Shown here: piece after piece, positions 40,266-49,135 of the stretch
Numbering within the stretch: position 1 is the first letter of the stretch
Layout of the letters: each line of letters opens with the position of its first letter
Source of the DNA: an uncultured Intestinimonas sp.
Lineage (GTDB): Bacteria > Bacillota > Clostridia > Oscillospirales > Oscillospiraceae
Reading direction: 5' to 3'
NCBI RefSeq assembly: GCF_944387725.1
Contig: NZ_CALXGA010000002.1
Coordinates: 2,602-66,601 of the forward strand
Length of the DNA: 64,000 bases
Notes under the pieces: model-generated
The model's input: the letters and a program-made list of their open reading frames with translations, nothing else
Told to the model about the DNA's origin: nothing
The model's database searches: none
Made by a program: the position numbers and the translations under genes

Positions 40266-40916
40266 TTACCGGATGCGCTCCAGCAACTCCTCCGGGGTAT
40301 CTACCAGGGCAGAGGCCCCATGTTCCAGCAGAAACTGCCGGTCCCGGAAGCCCCAGGTGACCGATAAGCAGGGGAGGCCCGCATTGGCTGCCGTCTGAAT
40401 ATCCACGTCGGAGTCTCCCACATAGACCGCGCCGGAGGCCGGAACCTGAAGGGCCTCCAGGCAGCTGATCACCAGGTCTGGCGCGGGTTTTTTCCGAAGG
40501 CCCGGCCTCTCACCTAGGACGACAGGGAGGAGGGTCCCAAAATAGTCCCGGCACAGCCCTTTGACCGCCCCGTCAAATTTGTTGGAGACCACCGCCGTCT
40601 GGCAGCCCTGGGTCTGGAGGGCTTTCAGCAGCTCCGGGATACCTGGATAGGGCCGGGTTTTCTGCTGCATATTGGCAAGATAGTGGGCCTTGAAGTCCGC
40701 CAGACACCGCTCTGTTTCCTCGGGGGAGGCGCCCGCCGGCACCGCCCGGCGGATCAGATTCCCCACACCGTTGCCCACAAACCGGCGGAGCTCCTCCAGC
40801 GAACGCTCTGGAAACCCATGGGCATCCAGGGCAAAGTTGGTGCTGTCCGCCAGGTCCTCCAGAGTATTCAAAAGCGTTCCGTCCAAATCAAAAATCACGG
40901 CTTGATAACGCGACAA
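40266..40916 (-). CDS. HAD-family hydrolase (phosphoglycolate phosphatase-like)
   Basis: FDLDGTL, VSNK, KKPAP, YVGDSDVD; TTG start after AGGAGG. Confidence 0.9.
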   Translation of the reverse strand: MSRYQAVIFDLDGTLLNTLEDLADSTNFALDAHGFPERSLEELRRFVGNGVGNLIRRAVPAGASPEETERCLADFKAHYLANMQQKTRPYPGIPELLKALQTQGCQTAVVSNKFDGAVKGLCRDYFGTLLPVVLGERPGLRKKPAPDLVISCLEALQVPASGAVYVGDSDVDIQTAANAGLPCLSVTWGFRDRQFLLEHGASALVDTPEELLERIR

Positions 40917-41007
40917 GATCGTTTCCCTCCTTTGTGTGTGGACAGTACCGCCCCTGGATATGGACGCATAGCATGGAGCAGTACCTGTGAAAGGATTGAT
41001 CCGCGCC

Positions 41008-41565
41008 ATGCCATCCCTGATCATTCCCTATAACCGAAGGGCGGCCGTCCGCTACGCCCACCGCTGGGCCAGCAGCCGCAATCCAAACTACTACGACTAT
41101 GAGAAGCTCGGGGGTGACTGTACCAATTTTGCCTCCCAGTGCCTCTACGCCGGGACCAAGGTGATGAACTTCACCCCTACCTACGGCTGGTATTACCTCG
41201 ACGCCAACAACAAGTCGCCCTCCTGGACGGGCGTCCCGTATTTTTATAACTTTATCACCAGAGAGGAGAAAACCCCCGGCCCTTTCGGCCTGGAGAGCAC
41301 CCTAGACAACCTGGAGCCCGGTGACTTTGTCCAGCTCCGCTTCAACGGGGAGGTCTTCGGCCACACGCCCATCATCGTGGCCATGGGAACCCCGCCAACC
41401 CTGGAAAATACCCTTGTCGCCGCCCACTCCTATGATGCGGACTGGAGGCCTTTGAGCACCTACTTTTTCCAAGAAATCCGCTTCCTGCACATCCTGGGGG
41501 CCTATCCGCCGGAGGGATTCGGGGAGCTGCTGCTTCCGCTCTTTCGCCCCTCCGCCTCCTCCTGA
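41008..41565 (+). CDS. Amidase_6 (YhbB-like) domain protein
   Basis: YNRRAAVRYAHRW, GGDCTNFASQCL; CATAGCAT SigE/K-like -10 upstream. Confidence 0.82.
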   Translation: MPSLIIPYNRRAAVRYAHRWASSRNPNYYDYEKLGGDCTNFASQCLYAGTKVMNFTPTYGWYYLDANNKSPSWTGVPYFYNFITREEKTPGPFGLESTLDNLEPGDFVQLRFNGEVFGHTPIIVAMGTPPTLENTLVAAHSYDADWRPLSTYFFQEIRFLHILGAYPPEGFGELLLPLFRPSASS

Positions 41566-42596
41566 TGGCCGGAGGACCTGACCGCCTTGGGGGGGGCCTT
41601 TCCAGGCTTGAGCTTCCCAAGCGGGTTGGCTTTGGCCGCGATGCGCAGTTCAGCATTGTCCACATGGGTGTAAATCTGTGTGGTGTTCAGGTGGTCGTGG
41701 CCAAGGACCTCCTGAAGGGTCCGAACGTCCACGCCGTTTTGAAGCATCAGCGTGGCGGCAGTGTGCCGGAGCTTGTGAGGGGAGTACTGGGAGCTGTCCA
41801 GTCCAGAGGCCAACAGGTGCTTTTTCACCAGTTTCTCCACCGCCGCCTTGGAGATGCGTTTGCGCAGCCGGCTGAGGAACAGGGCGTTTTTGTCGATGAC
41901 TTCCTGGCCGCCCCGGACCGCCAGATAGTTGTCCAGGGCACTCCGGCAGGCGTCGTTGAGGTAGACCACCCGCTCTTTGTTGCCCTTGCCCAGCACCCGC
42001 AGGCTGTCCTCCCGGATGTCGGTGAGATTCAGCCCGATGAGCTCCGAAATCCGCAGCCCGCAGTTGAGGAACAGGGTCAGGATGCAGTAGTCCCTCTCGC
42101 GGTACGGCCCGTCTATAGATTCCAATAACTGGATGCTGCTGTCCAAATCCAAATATCGGGGCAGGGATTTCTTCAGCCGGGGCGAATCCAGATCCTGCAT
42201 GGGATTTTCCTGGAGGAGCTTGGCCTTTACCGCGAGATACTTATAAAAGGAGCGGATGGCGGCAATCTTTCGGGCCCGGGAGGCCGGACTCAGCCCATAG
42301 CCGGTGTTGGGACTGTTGGGATGCTGGGCCCGGTCCCGGCTCAGGTAGGCCATATAGGAGTAGACATCGGTGATGGTCACCGAAGCCACCAGGTCCAAGT
42401 CCACATCATCAATAGAGACGTTGTCCAGTTCGGCCGTCCTCGGCGCCAGGCCTTTTTCAATCTTGAGATAGCGGAAGAAATTCCGCAGGTCCAGAAAATA
42501 CTCGTCCACCGTTCTGCGGGAATGTCCCTGAATGGTCTCATGGTAAATGAGAAAATCCCGCAGAATGGGGGGCGCTTCCGTTCGATAGTCTGTCAT
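41502..42596 (-). CDS. Xer-family tyrosine recombinase (364 aa)
   Basis: Full catalytic set: GLRISE, GKGNKER, HKLRH, LGH, TTQIYTH; flanked by core genes. Confidence 0.92.
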   Translation of the reverse strand: MTDYRTEAPPILRDFLIYHETIQGHSRRTVDEYFLDLRNFFRYLKIEKGLAPRTAELDNVSIDDVDLDLVASVTITDVYSYMAYLSRDRAQHPNSPNTGYGLSPASRARKIAAIRSFYKYLAVKAKLLQENPMQDLDSPRLKKSLPRYLDLDSSIQLLESIDGPYRERDYCILTLFLNCGLRISELIGLNLTDIREDSLRVLGKGNKERVVYLNDACRSALDNYLAVRGGQEVIDKNALFLSRLRKRISKAAVEKLVKKHLLASGLDSSQYSPHKLRHTAATLMLQNGVDVRTLQEVLGHDHLNTTQIYTHVDNAELRIAAKANPLGKLKPGKAPPKAVRSSGHQEEAEGRKSGSSSSPNPSGG

Positions 42597-42642
42597 GTGC
42601 AGCCGGCGGCGGAGACTCTGAAAAAGGTGGCTTCCCCTCCTT

Positions 42643-42676
42643 CGTAGTAAACAAAATTTTTATTTTGTTTACTACG
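42643..42676. other. Perfect AT-rich palindrome, candidate dif-like recombination site or operator
   Basis: CGTAGTAAACAAAAT-TTTT-ATTTTGTTTACTACG, 46 bp upstream of the xer start codon. Confidence 0.55.
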
Positions 42677-42817
42677 CAATCTCCCGCCGCATTCCTCCTC
42701 CCTGGCAGGCCTCCAAAGCAAGCTGCCTGATGGGCAGCTTGCTCCGACGGCGTTAATAACCGGTTCTGCGTTTTGTCTGTGATTGGCAATGTACGCTTCT
42801 GTCATTTTGTGTCTCTT

Positions 42818-44179
42818 TTATAAGATGGCGGACAGAGCTTCCCGGATGTTGCGGACTCGGACAAGCTGGAGTCCGTCCGGCTCAGTGAGCTTGCCGCTGT
42901 TTCTGGCCGGAATCAGGCACTGGGTAAAGCCCAGCCGGCGCACCTCAGAGAGCCGCTGGCCTAAGGCGCTCACTGAGCGCAGCTCGCCGGTAAGCCCCAC
43001 CTCACCGATAGCGGCCAGGGTTCCGGGCACGGGCTTGTCCCGAAAGCTGGAGGCCATGGCGATGACAGCGGCCAGGTCGGCGGCGGGCTCGTCCAGGCTC
43101 AGGCCGCCGATGACATTGAGATAGGCGTCGCATCCGCTTACCAGAAGTCCGCCCCGCTTCTCCAGCACCGCCAGCAGCAGCATGGCCCGGTTGTAGTCAA
43201 ACCCGTTGCTGGTGCGTCTGCCGTTCCCATAAGCGCTGGGGGCCAGAAGAGCCTGAATTTCCGCCAGCACCGGCCGAACTCCCTCCATAACGCAGGTCAC
43301 ACAGGTGCCCGGCGTATCTAGGGGCCGTCCCGCCAGCAGGGTCTCCGAGGGGTTGGGCACCTGGGTCAGGCCGCTGTCGGCCATTTCGAAGACGCCGATT
43401 TCGTTGGTGGCGCCGAAGCGGTTTTTGGCTGAGCGCAGAATGCGGTAGGACATGTGCGGCTCCCCCTCGAAGTAGAGCACACAGTCCACAATGTGCTCAA
43501 GCACCTTGGGGCCGGCGATGGAGCCCTCCTTATTCACATGGCCGATGACGAAAACGGTGATTCCCTCTCCTTTTGCCAGCTGCATCAGGGCCATGGTACA
43601 CTCCTTAACCTGGCCCACGCTGCCCGGAGAGGTGGTCAGTTCCCCGCTGAACATGGTCTGGATGGAGTCCACAATGACCACATCCGGCCGCAGGGAGCGA
43701 ATGGCCTCCAGAATCTCCCCCAGATCGGTCTCAGCCAGCAGATAGAGGGACTGGCTCCGCACCCCCAGCCGCTCCGCCCGGAGCTTGATCTGCCGCTCGG
43801 ACTCCTCCCCAGAGACATAGAGCACCTTGGAAAACCGGCAGAGATTGTCGCAGATTTGGAGCATCAAGGTGGATTTTCCGATGCCGGGGGCGCCCCCCAC
43901 CAGGACCAGAGAACCCTGCACCGCTCCCCCACCCAGGACCCGATCCAGTTCGGAAAGGCCGGTAGAAAAGCGCAGCTCATCGCTGGTCTCGATCTCCGTA
44001 ATGGGACGGGGACGGCGGCCTCCCCCACTGCGGACCGCAGCGGTAGGAGCCGTTTTTTTCTTAGTCTCTGCGGGCTGTTCCACCATGGTGTTCCAGCTTC
44101 CGCAGGCGGGGCACTTCCCCACCCATTTGGGGGTTTCATTCCCGCATTCCGTACAATAAAAGACTGTCTTGGCTTTCAA
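42818..44179 (-). CDS. radA: DNA repair protein RadA/Sms
   Basis: C4 zinc finger, GAPGIGKST, KNRFG motif. Confidence 0.96.
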   Translation of the reverse strand: MKAKTVFYCTECGNETPKWVGKCPACGSWNTMVEQPAETKKKTAPTAAVRSGGGRRPRPITEIETSDELRFSTGLSELDRVLGGGAVQGSLVLVGGAPGIGKSTLMLQICDNLCRFSKVLYVSGEESERQIKLRAERLGVRSQSLYLLAETDLGEILEAIRSLRPDVVIVDSIQTMFSGELTTSPGSVGQVKECTMALMQLAKGEGITVFVIGHVNKEGSIAGPKVLEHIVDCVLYFEGEPHMSYRILRSAKNRFGATNEIGVFEMADSGLTQVPNPSETLLAGRPLDTPGTCVTCVMEGVRPVLAEIQALLAPSAYGNGRRTSNGFDYNRAMLLLAVLEKRGGLLVSGCDAYLNVIGGLSLDEPAADLAAVIAMASSFRDKPVPGTLAAIGEVGLTGELRSVSALGQRLSEVRRLGFTQCLIPARNSGKLTEPDGLQLVRVRNIREALSAIL

Positions 44180-44915
44180 GGGTGCCCTCCCCTTCTGAAT
44201 CATTTTCCGAGTCGCTGAGATAGGCGCAGGCCAAAGCCGCAGCGATTTTGGTCTGATAACTGCCGGTCTGGAGCAGGGCGTCCTCCTCCGGGTTGGAGAG
44301 AAAACCGCACTCCACCAAAATGGCACGGCAGGTGATGTGGGTCATCAGGTAGACAGTATTGGGCAGACGGGCGGCCTGGCGTCTGTTTTCCGGGTCCAGA
44401 GCCAGCCGCAGCAGCTCCTGGGTATGCTGGGCCAAACCCAGACTGCTGGCTTCGTCGGCATAAAACACCTGTGCGCCGTGGTATTGGGTGCTGCCGCTAT
44501 AGGTGTTTTGGTGAATGCTGATGACGGTGGCATTGGGCACAGCCTCAATTTGGGCCGCCCGGTTCTGGAGGTCGGATCGCTTCTTCTCCCTGAGCGTCTG
44601 AGCCTCTGGGTCATGGAGAGAGATGTCCTCGGTGCGGAGCATGACCACATCGGCCCCAAAGAGACCGAGAATAAGGTCCAGCCGTTGGGCCACTGCCAGA
44701 TTTACCTGGCTCTCCACCGTTCCAGTCTGGGAGACCGCGCCCCCGTCTTCCCCGCCATGTCCGGCATCAATTACCACGGTGGAGCGGGAAAACCGGGCCG
44801 GATGGGCCATGGTTGGGACGGACTCCTTCTCATAAAACAGAAAAAAGCCGGTGCTCACGGCCAAAAGCACCGTCACCGCGATAGATAAAACCCGGATCAG
44901 GGCAGGATGTTTCAT
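44136..44915 (-). CDS. cwlD: N-acetylmuramoyl-L-alanine amidase, CwlD-like
   Basis: IDAGHGGEDGG, SIHQN, LVECGFLSN. Confidence 0.8.
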   Translation of the reverse strand: MKHPALIRVLSIAVTVLLAVSTGFFLFYEKESVPTMAHPARFSRSTVVIDAGHGGEDGGAVSQTGTVESQVNLAVAQRLDLILGLFGADVVMLRTEDISLHDPEAQTLREKKRSDLQNRAAQIEAVPNATVISIHQNTYSGSTQYHGAQVFYADEASSLGLAQHTQELLRLALDPENRRQAARLPNTVYLMTHITCRAILVECGFLSNPEEDALLQTGSYQTKIAAALACAYLSDSENDSEGEGTLESQDSLLLYGMRE

Positions 44916-44937
44916 CAACGGGCACCCCCTCTCTGTC

Positions 44938-44966
44938 AACTTATGAGGGGACCGTGCACAATATAC
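44938..44966 (-). promoter_or_regulatory. SigE-type promoter of the cwlD-like gene
   Basis: Minus strand GTATATT-N14-CATAAGTT. Confidence 0.6.
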
Positions 44967-45137
44967 CCAAAAGGGCCTCAGCCGTGTCTCGATTATACCA
45001 CATCCTCCAGGAACCGCGCAAGGGTTCGGCTTCCCTCTCCCCTGCCAGTTCCCATCCGCCTGCTGTCGCATAAGATAGAACAGAGGGGAAGCCTGCCGGG
45101 CGGAACCCCTCGAAACCACCGAAGGAGGAACCTCACA

Positions 45138-45596
45138 TTGTATCCTGAAAACGGAACCAAGCCCACGCCCTGCGGCGATGCCTGCGGCACCCTGCCGGAG
45201 TGCGCCCCTCTGGCGGTCCCCTATGTACCCTTTCAGCAGAACAGCCCCAAACGTTATGAGCAGATGGATGCCCTGAGCAACGGCACCCTCTATCCCGGCC
45301 TGAACCTTCCCTTCCGGGCCAAGGTGGACGCCGCCGGCGTGCCCCAGACCCCGCTCACAGAGCTTCAGGCTCTGGAGTTCGTGGTCCAGGAGCTGGCCCT
45401 TTACCTAGATACCCACCCCTCCGACACGGAGGCATTTGAGCTCTTCCGACAGTACAGCGCCATGGAGAAGGAGGCCCGGGCGGCCTTTGTCTCCTCCAAC
45501 GGCCCTGTCCTCCGCAGTGAGACAGCCGACTGCAAGACCTACACCTGGCCCAAGGAGCCCTGGCCCTGGAACTACCCAGAAGGAGGGATGAAATAA
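45138..45596 (+). CDS. cotJB: Fused CotJA-CotJB spore coat protein
   Basis: TTG after AAGGAGG; CotJA motifs LAVPYVPFQ and ALSNGTLYPGL; CotJB motifs ELALYLDTHP and WPKEPWPW; CATAAGAT -10 at 45069. Confidence 0.85.
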   Translation: MYPENGTKPTPCGDACGTLPECAPLAVPYVPFQQNSPKRYEQMDALSNGTLYPGLNLPFRAKVDAAGVPQTPLTELQALEFVVQELALYLDTHPSDTEAFELFRQYSAMEKEARAAFVSSNGPVLRSETADCKTYTWPKEPWPWNYPEGGMK

Positions 45597-45597
45597 G

Positions 45598-45790
45598 ATG
45601 TTTTCTTATGAGAAAAAGCTGCAATATCCCGTCAAAATCAAGACGCCAAATCCCAAGCTGGCTTCCTTTATCATCAGCCAGTACGGTGGGCCGGACGGTG
45701 AACTGGGCGCTTCCCTGCGCTATCTGAGCCAGCGGTACGCCATGCCTTACCCGGAGCTCAAGGCGCTGCTCACCGACATCGGCACCGAGG
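45598..45790 (+). pseudogene. cotJC: cotJC 5' half (Mn-catalase family, ~64 codons), interrupted by an integrated element
   Basis: MFSYEKKLQYPV...QYGGPDGELGASLRYLSQRY...LLTDIGTE, then similarity stops before the expected E-x-x-H. Confidence 0.9.
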
Positions 45791-47372
45791 GGCTGTTCTG
45801 GGCCGGCTGCCCCAGCCGCTCCAGCACGAAGGTCCAGGTCCTGGGCAGCAGGTTCAGCTTCACCTCCACCCGCCGGTCCGGGTAGACCACCATGTGGTCC
45901 AGGATGGTTTTATAGAAGGTCTCGCTGGCCTGCTCCCCCTGGAGCAGGGCGGTCACCCTCCTCTTGATGCACCGTTCCAGCTCGCCCTTGTCGTAGGCCA
46001 CCTCCGCCCCGGCCTTCGCGGCGGACAGGCGCTCCTGGAGCTGAGCCATCTCCCGGTCATAGCGCTCCGTCATCTGCCGCATCTCTGCCTTGGTGATGTC
46101 CTGGGCGAAGAAGGCGTCCAGGGCGGTCTCCCGCTTTTTGGCCAGGCGATCCAGATCCAATTCCAGGGCCTTCTGGTTTTCACTGCCTCCCCCCTCCCCT
46201 GCCCGGATGGCCTCCAGGACGATGGCGGTCACGCTGCGGACCATCGCCTCACTGTCCAGCGGAAGGGATTGAAGGGACTGCCGCAGCAGCTCCATGGCCG
46301 TCTCGTCCCGGAGGGTCCGCCCCACATCGCAGCCCACCCGGTTGCCCTGGGGGTCCAGATGGGCCCTCCCCTCCCTGGTGGCGGTGTAGCAGCTCCAGCG
46401 CCGGCTGTAGCTGCCGTCCTTCCGCTTCTTCTTCCGGGACACGAAGCTGGCCCCGCACACCCCGCACTTGATCCTGCCGCTGAACACATAGCGGTTGGAG
46501 TGCCCCGCCCCCAGCTCGCCGTTTCGGTTTCGCTTTTTCAGCTCCGCCTGGACCGTATCCCACAACTCCCGGTCAATGATGGGCTCGTGGTGGTCCCGCA
46601 GGATAACCAGGTCCTCCTCTCCGTGGTTGTACTTTTTGGCATGAGAGAGGTAGTCCGGAGTGATGGTTTTCTTCTGGACCAGATCGCCGATGTACTTTTC
46701 ATTCTTCAGAATTTTAACGATGTGGGTGTTGCTCCACTTGACGTTGCCCCGGTGGGTGCGGTATCCGGCCTCCCGCAGCTCCCGGGCAATGACCGTAGTG
46801 CCCTTTTTCTCCACGCCGTACTTGTGAAAGATGAGCCTGACGATCTCCGCCCCTTTGGGCTCCACTGTCAGGCGTCCATCCTTTACATTATATCCCAGCA
46901 GGGACCTGCCGAAGACCACCCCCTGTTCCATCCGCCGGGTCTGGCCCCACTTCACCCGGCTGGAGGTCTTGCGGCTCTCCTCCTGGGCCAGGGAGCCCAT
47001 GATGGACAACCGAAGCTCGGCGTCCGGCTCCAGAGAGTGGATGCCGTCGTTGAGGAAGACCACCCCAACCCCGATGGCCTTGAGCTCCCGGGTGTAAGCG
47101 ATGGTGTCCAGGATGTTCCGGGAGAACCGGCTGACCTCCTTGGTTAGGATCAGGCGGAACTTTCCCCGCCGGGCGTCCTGAATCATCTGGTTGAAGGCGG
47201 CCCGCTTCTTGGTGGAGGTGCCGGTGATGCCCTCGTCCGCGTAGACCTGGTACAGCTCCCACTCCGGATGGCGGTCGATGTACTCCCGAAAGTACCGCTG
47301 CTGGTTCTCAAAGGAGTTGGCCTGATCCTCCTTGTCGGTGGAGACCCGGCAGTAGGACGCTACATAGATCAT
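45747..47372 (-). CDS. Large serine recombinase (resolvase, recombinase and zinc-ribbon domains)
   Basis: YCRVST catalytic Ser, YADEGITGT, SRFSRN, AQEESRKTS, NEKYIGD, HEPIID, CGVCG. Confidence 0.96.
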   Translation of the reverse strand: MIYVASYCRVSTDKEDQANSFENQQRYFREYIDRHPEWELYQVYADEGITGTSTKKRAAFNQMIQDARRGKFRLILTKEVSRFSRNILDTIAYTRELKAIGVGVVFLNDGIHSLEPDAELRLSIMGSLAQEESRKTSSRVKWGQTRRMEQGVVFGRSLLGYNVKDGRLTVEPKGAEIVRLIFHKYGVEKKGTTVIARELREAGYRTHRGNVKWSNTHIVKILKNEKYIGDLVQKKTITPDYLSHAKKYNHGEEDLVILRDHHEPIIDRELWDTVQAELKKRNRNGELGAGHSNRYVFSGRIKCGVCGASFVSRKKKRKDGSYSRRWSCYTATREGRAHLDPQGNRVGCDVGRTLRDETAMELLRQSLQSLPLDSEAMVRSVTAIVLEAIRAGEGGGSENQKALELDLDRLAKKRETALDAFFAQDITKAEMRQMTERYDREMAQLQERLSAAKAGAEVAYDKGELERCIKRRVTALLQGEQASETFYKTILDHMVVYPDRRVEVKLNLLPRTWTFVLERLGQPAQNSPSVPMSVSSALSSG

Positions 47373-47581
47373 GGTGTGTGTTTCCCCTCCCCTTCTGGTG
47401 TGAAATGGATTTTCCCTTTACAGATTTCTTCCGCATATCTGTATTGCACCTCACTGAGAATGCCCTCGTCTTTCAGCCCGAGCAGGATGGCCCGCTGGAG
47501 CATAGACCAGAACGCCGGGTCCGTCTCTTGTGTGATGAATTTCTCATCTGTGACGCCCAGCAGTCTGATCCGATCCCCCAT
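47369..47581 (-). CDS. Small hypothetical protein (70 aa) coupled to the recombinase
   Basis: ATGA stop/start overlap, purine-rich RBS; CATACCCT -10-like box at 47604-47611 (minus). Confidence 0.65.
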   Translation of the reverse strand: MGDRIRLLGVTDEKFITQETDPAFWSMLQRAILLGLKDEGILSEVQYRYAEEICKGKIHFTPEGEGKHTP

Positions 47582-47806
47582 CCCGCATGCCCCCTTTGGT
47601 TCCAGGGTATGCATGGGACAAGACCAGATTTCTTAGCGGATGTGCCCCCTTCCCTTTCAGCGCATCGTCGGATGTGAATTGGATTTGGATGCTGTCCTCA
47701 TGATGTGTGCCTCCTTCCATGCGGAGGGGAGCGCAGCGGTGGTTAAACGGAGCCTGCCGCACTCCCCCACGAGTCCATTGCCTTTTTTCATCTCCACGAG
47801 GCCGGG

Positions 47807-49114
47807 TCACATGGTGAGCTTCCAAGTGGGATCTTCCTCATGGTCGTCGGTCCTGTGGCCCATGGCCAGCCGCTTCTGCCTCTGCCGCTCCCGTGTCTCG
47901 AAATCTACCGGGCCGGGCCTCAGGGTGTAGTCATCCACTGGTCCACTGACCTGAGCACGCTCCAGAGCGTGCTCAAGTCGTACCAGCCCGCCCACAAGGC
48001 CAGCAGCCCTGGCGGGATCAGCAGGAGATCCTGAGACGGGCGGGGGAGCGAAGGCTTCGGCAGCCTGGGCGGTGAGAAACAACGCTTGCTCCTCCTCCCA
48101 GCCGGTGGGAGCCTCCGCCGCAGCTCCGCCACCACTCACGTCAGGGCCTCCCACTGTGCCAGGGTGGGGAGTTCCCCACCTGGGTGGAAATCTCCCGGGA
48201 CAGGGCCGCCAGCGCCCCAACGCTGGCCTCTAGACGGTCCAACCGCTCCAGCAGCGCCTCCCACTCCTGGGGCGTGGGACTGGTCTGGGGACCGCCCTGT
48301 CCATTCGGCAGATTCCGCCGCTTCAGCTCCTCCAGAGACAAGTTCTGCTCGAATGCGGAACTCACGCTCCATCCTCTCCTTCCTGTACTTTTCCTCAGAG
48401 AACCGGTCATCCCGGCACCTCATGCCCTCCGGCGTGGTGTAGGTGATGCTCTTCCAGCCGTCCGTCCAGCGGACCTCACAGCCCTCGCTCCGCATCAGGG
48501 AGAGGAACTCCTCCCGGCTGGCGGCGTATACCATACACTGGTCGATGGTGTTTCATCAGCCGGAACTTCCAGATCTAGCCCTTGGCGGCGGAGCGGTACT
48601 CCCTGGCACCCATCCGTTTTTCCCGAACCTGTTTCTGCGGCGGCGGCAAAATTTCCAGCCCATGGGCAAGGCAGATCTCGTCGTTGGCCATTCAGTGGGC
48701 CTGGAGATCGGCGACGCTCTGGTGGAGCTTTCTTCCACCCCGGAAGCTGACGCTGTTCACCACCAGATGGTTGTGGAGATGCTCTGTGTCCACATGGGTG
48801 GCTACCAGCACCTCGAAATCCAGGAACTCCCGCTGGGCCAGCTCCAGGCTGATGACGTGGACCTCCTGGGGCGTCAGGTCGTCCGACTCCAAAAAGGACT
48901 GGACCAAGTGGTAGTACTGCCACCCGTCCGTTTTTCGGAACCGCTTCTTGGTGAGCTGCATCTCAGAGAGGGCACTTTGCGTGGTACAGTTCCAGCCGGT
49001 CACCAGCCGCTGTCCTTCCCACAGCGTCTTTTCCTTCTGGCTGACGTAGCGGGTGATACCGCCCAGCGCACCCCGGCCTCCACCACGATTTTTGATGGCG
49101 GTGAAGGTGGCCAT
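47807..49114 (-). pseudogene. MOBP-type relaxase, multiply frameshifted
   Basis: YVSQKEKT, YYHLVQSF, ATHVDTEHLHNH, KSITYTTPEG spread over several frames. Confidence 0.85.
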
Positions 49115-49135
49115 CTCGTCGACACCTCCTCCATA

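Noticed and set aside
41502-42596. Tyrosine recombinase as the integrase of the island
   Set aside because: It is separated from the island by radA, cwlD and cotJ; the junction abuts the serine recombinase.
45598-45885. 95-aa ORF as a complete short CotJC
   Set aside because: The last ~30 residues are antisense recombinase sequence and lack the metal ligands.
47952-47975. 11-bp-arm palindrome TGAGCACGCTC-CA-GAGCGTGCTCA
   Set aside because: Lies within the decayed relaxase tail; single copy with no supporting context.
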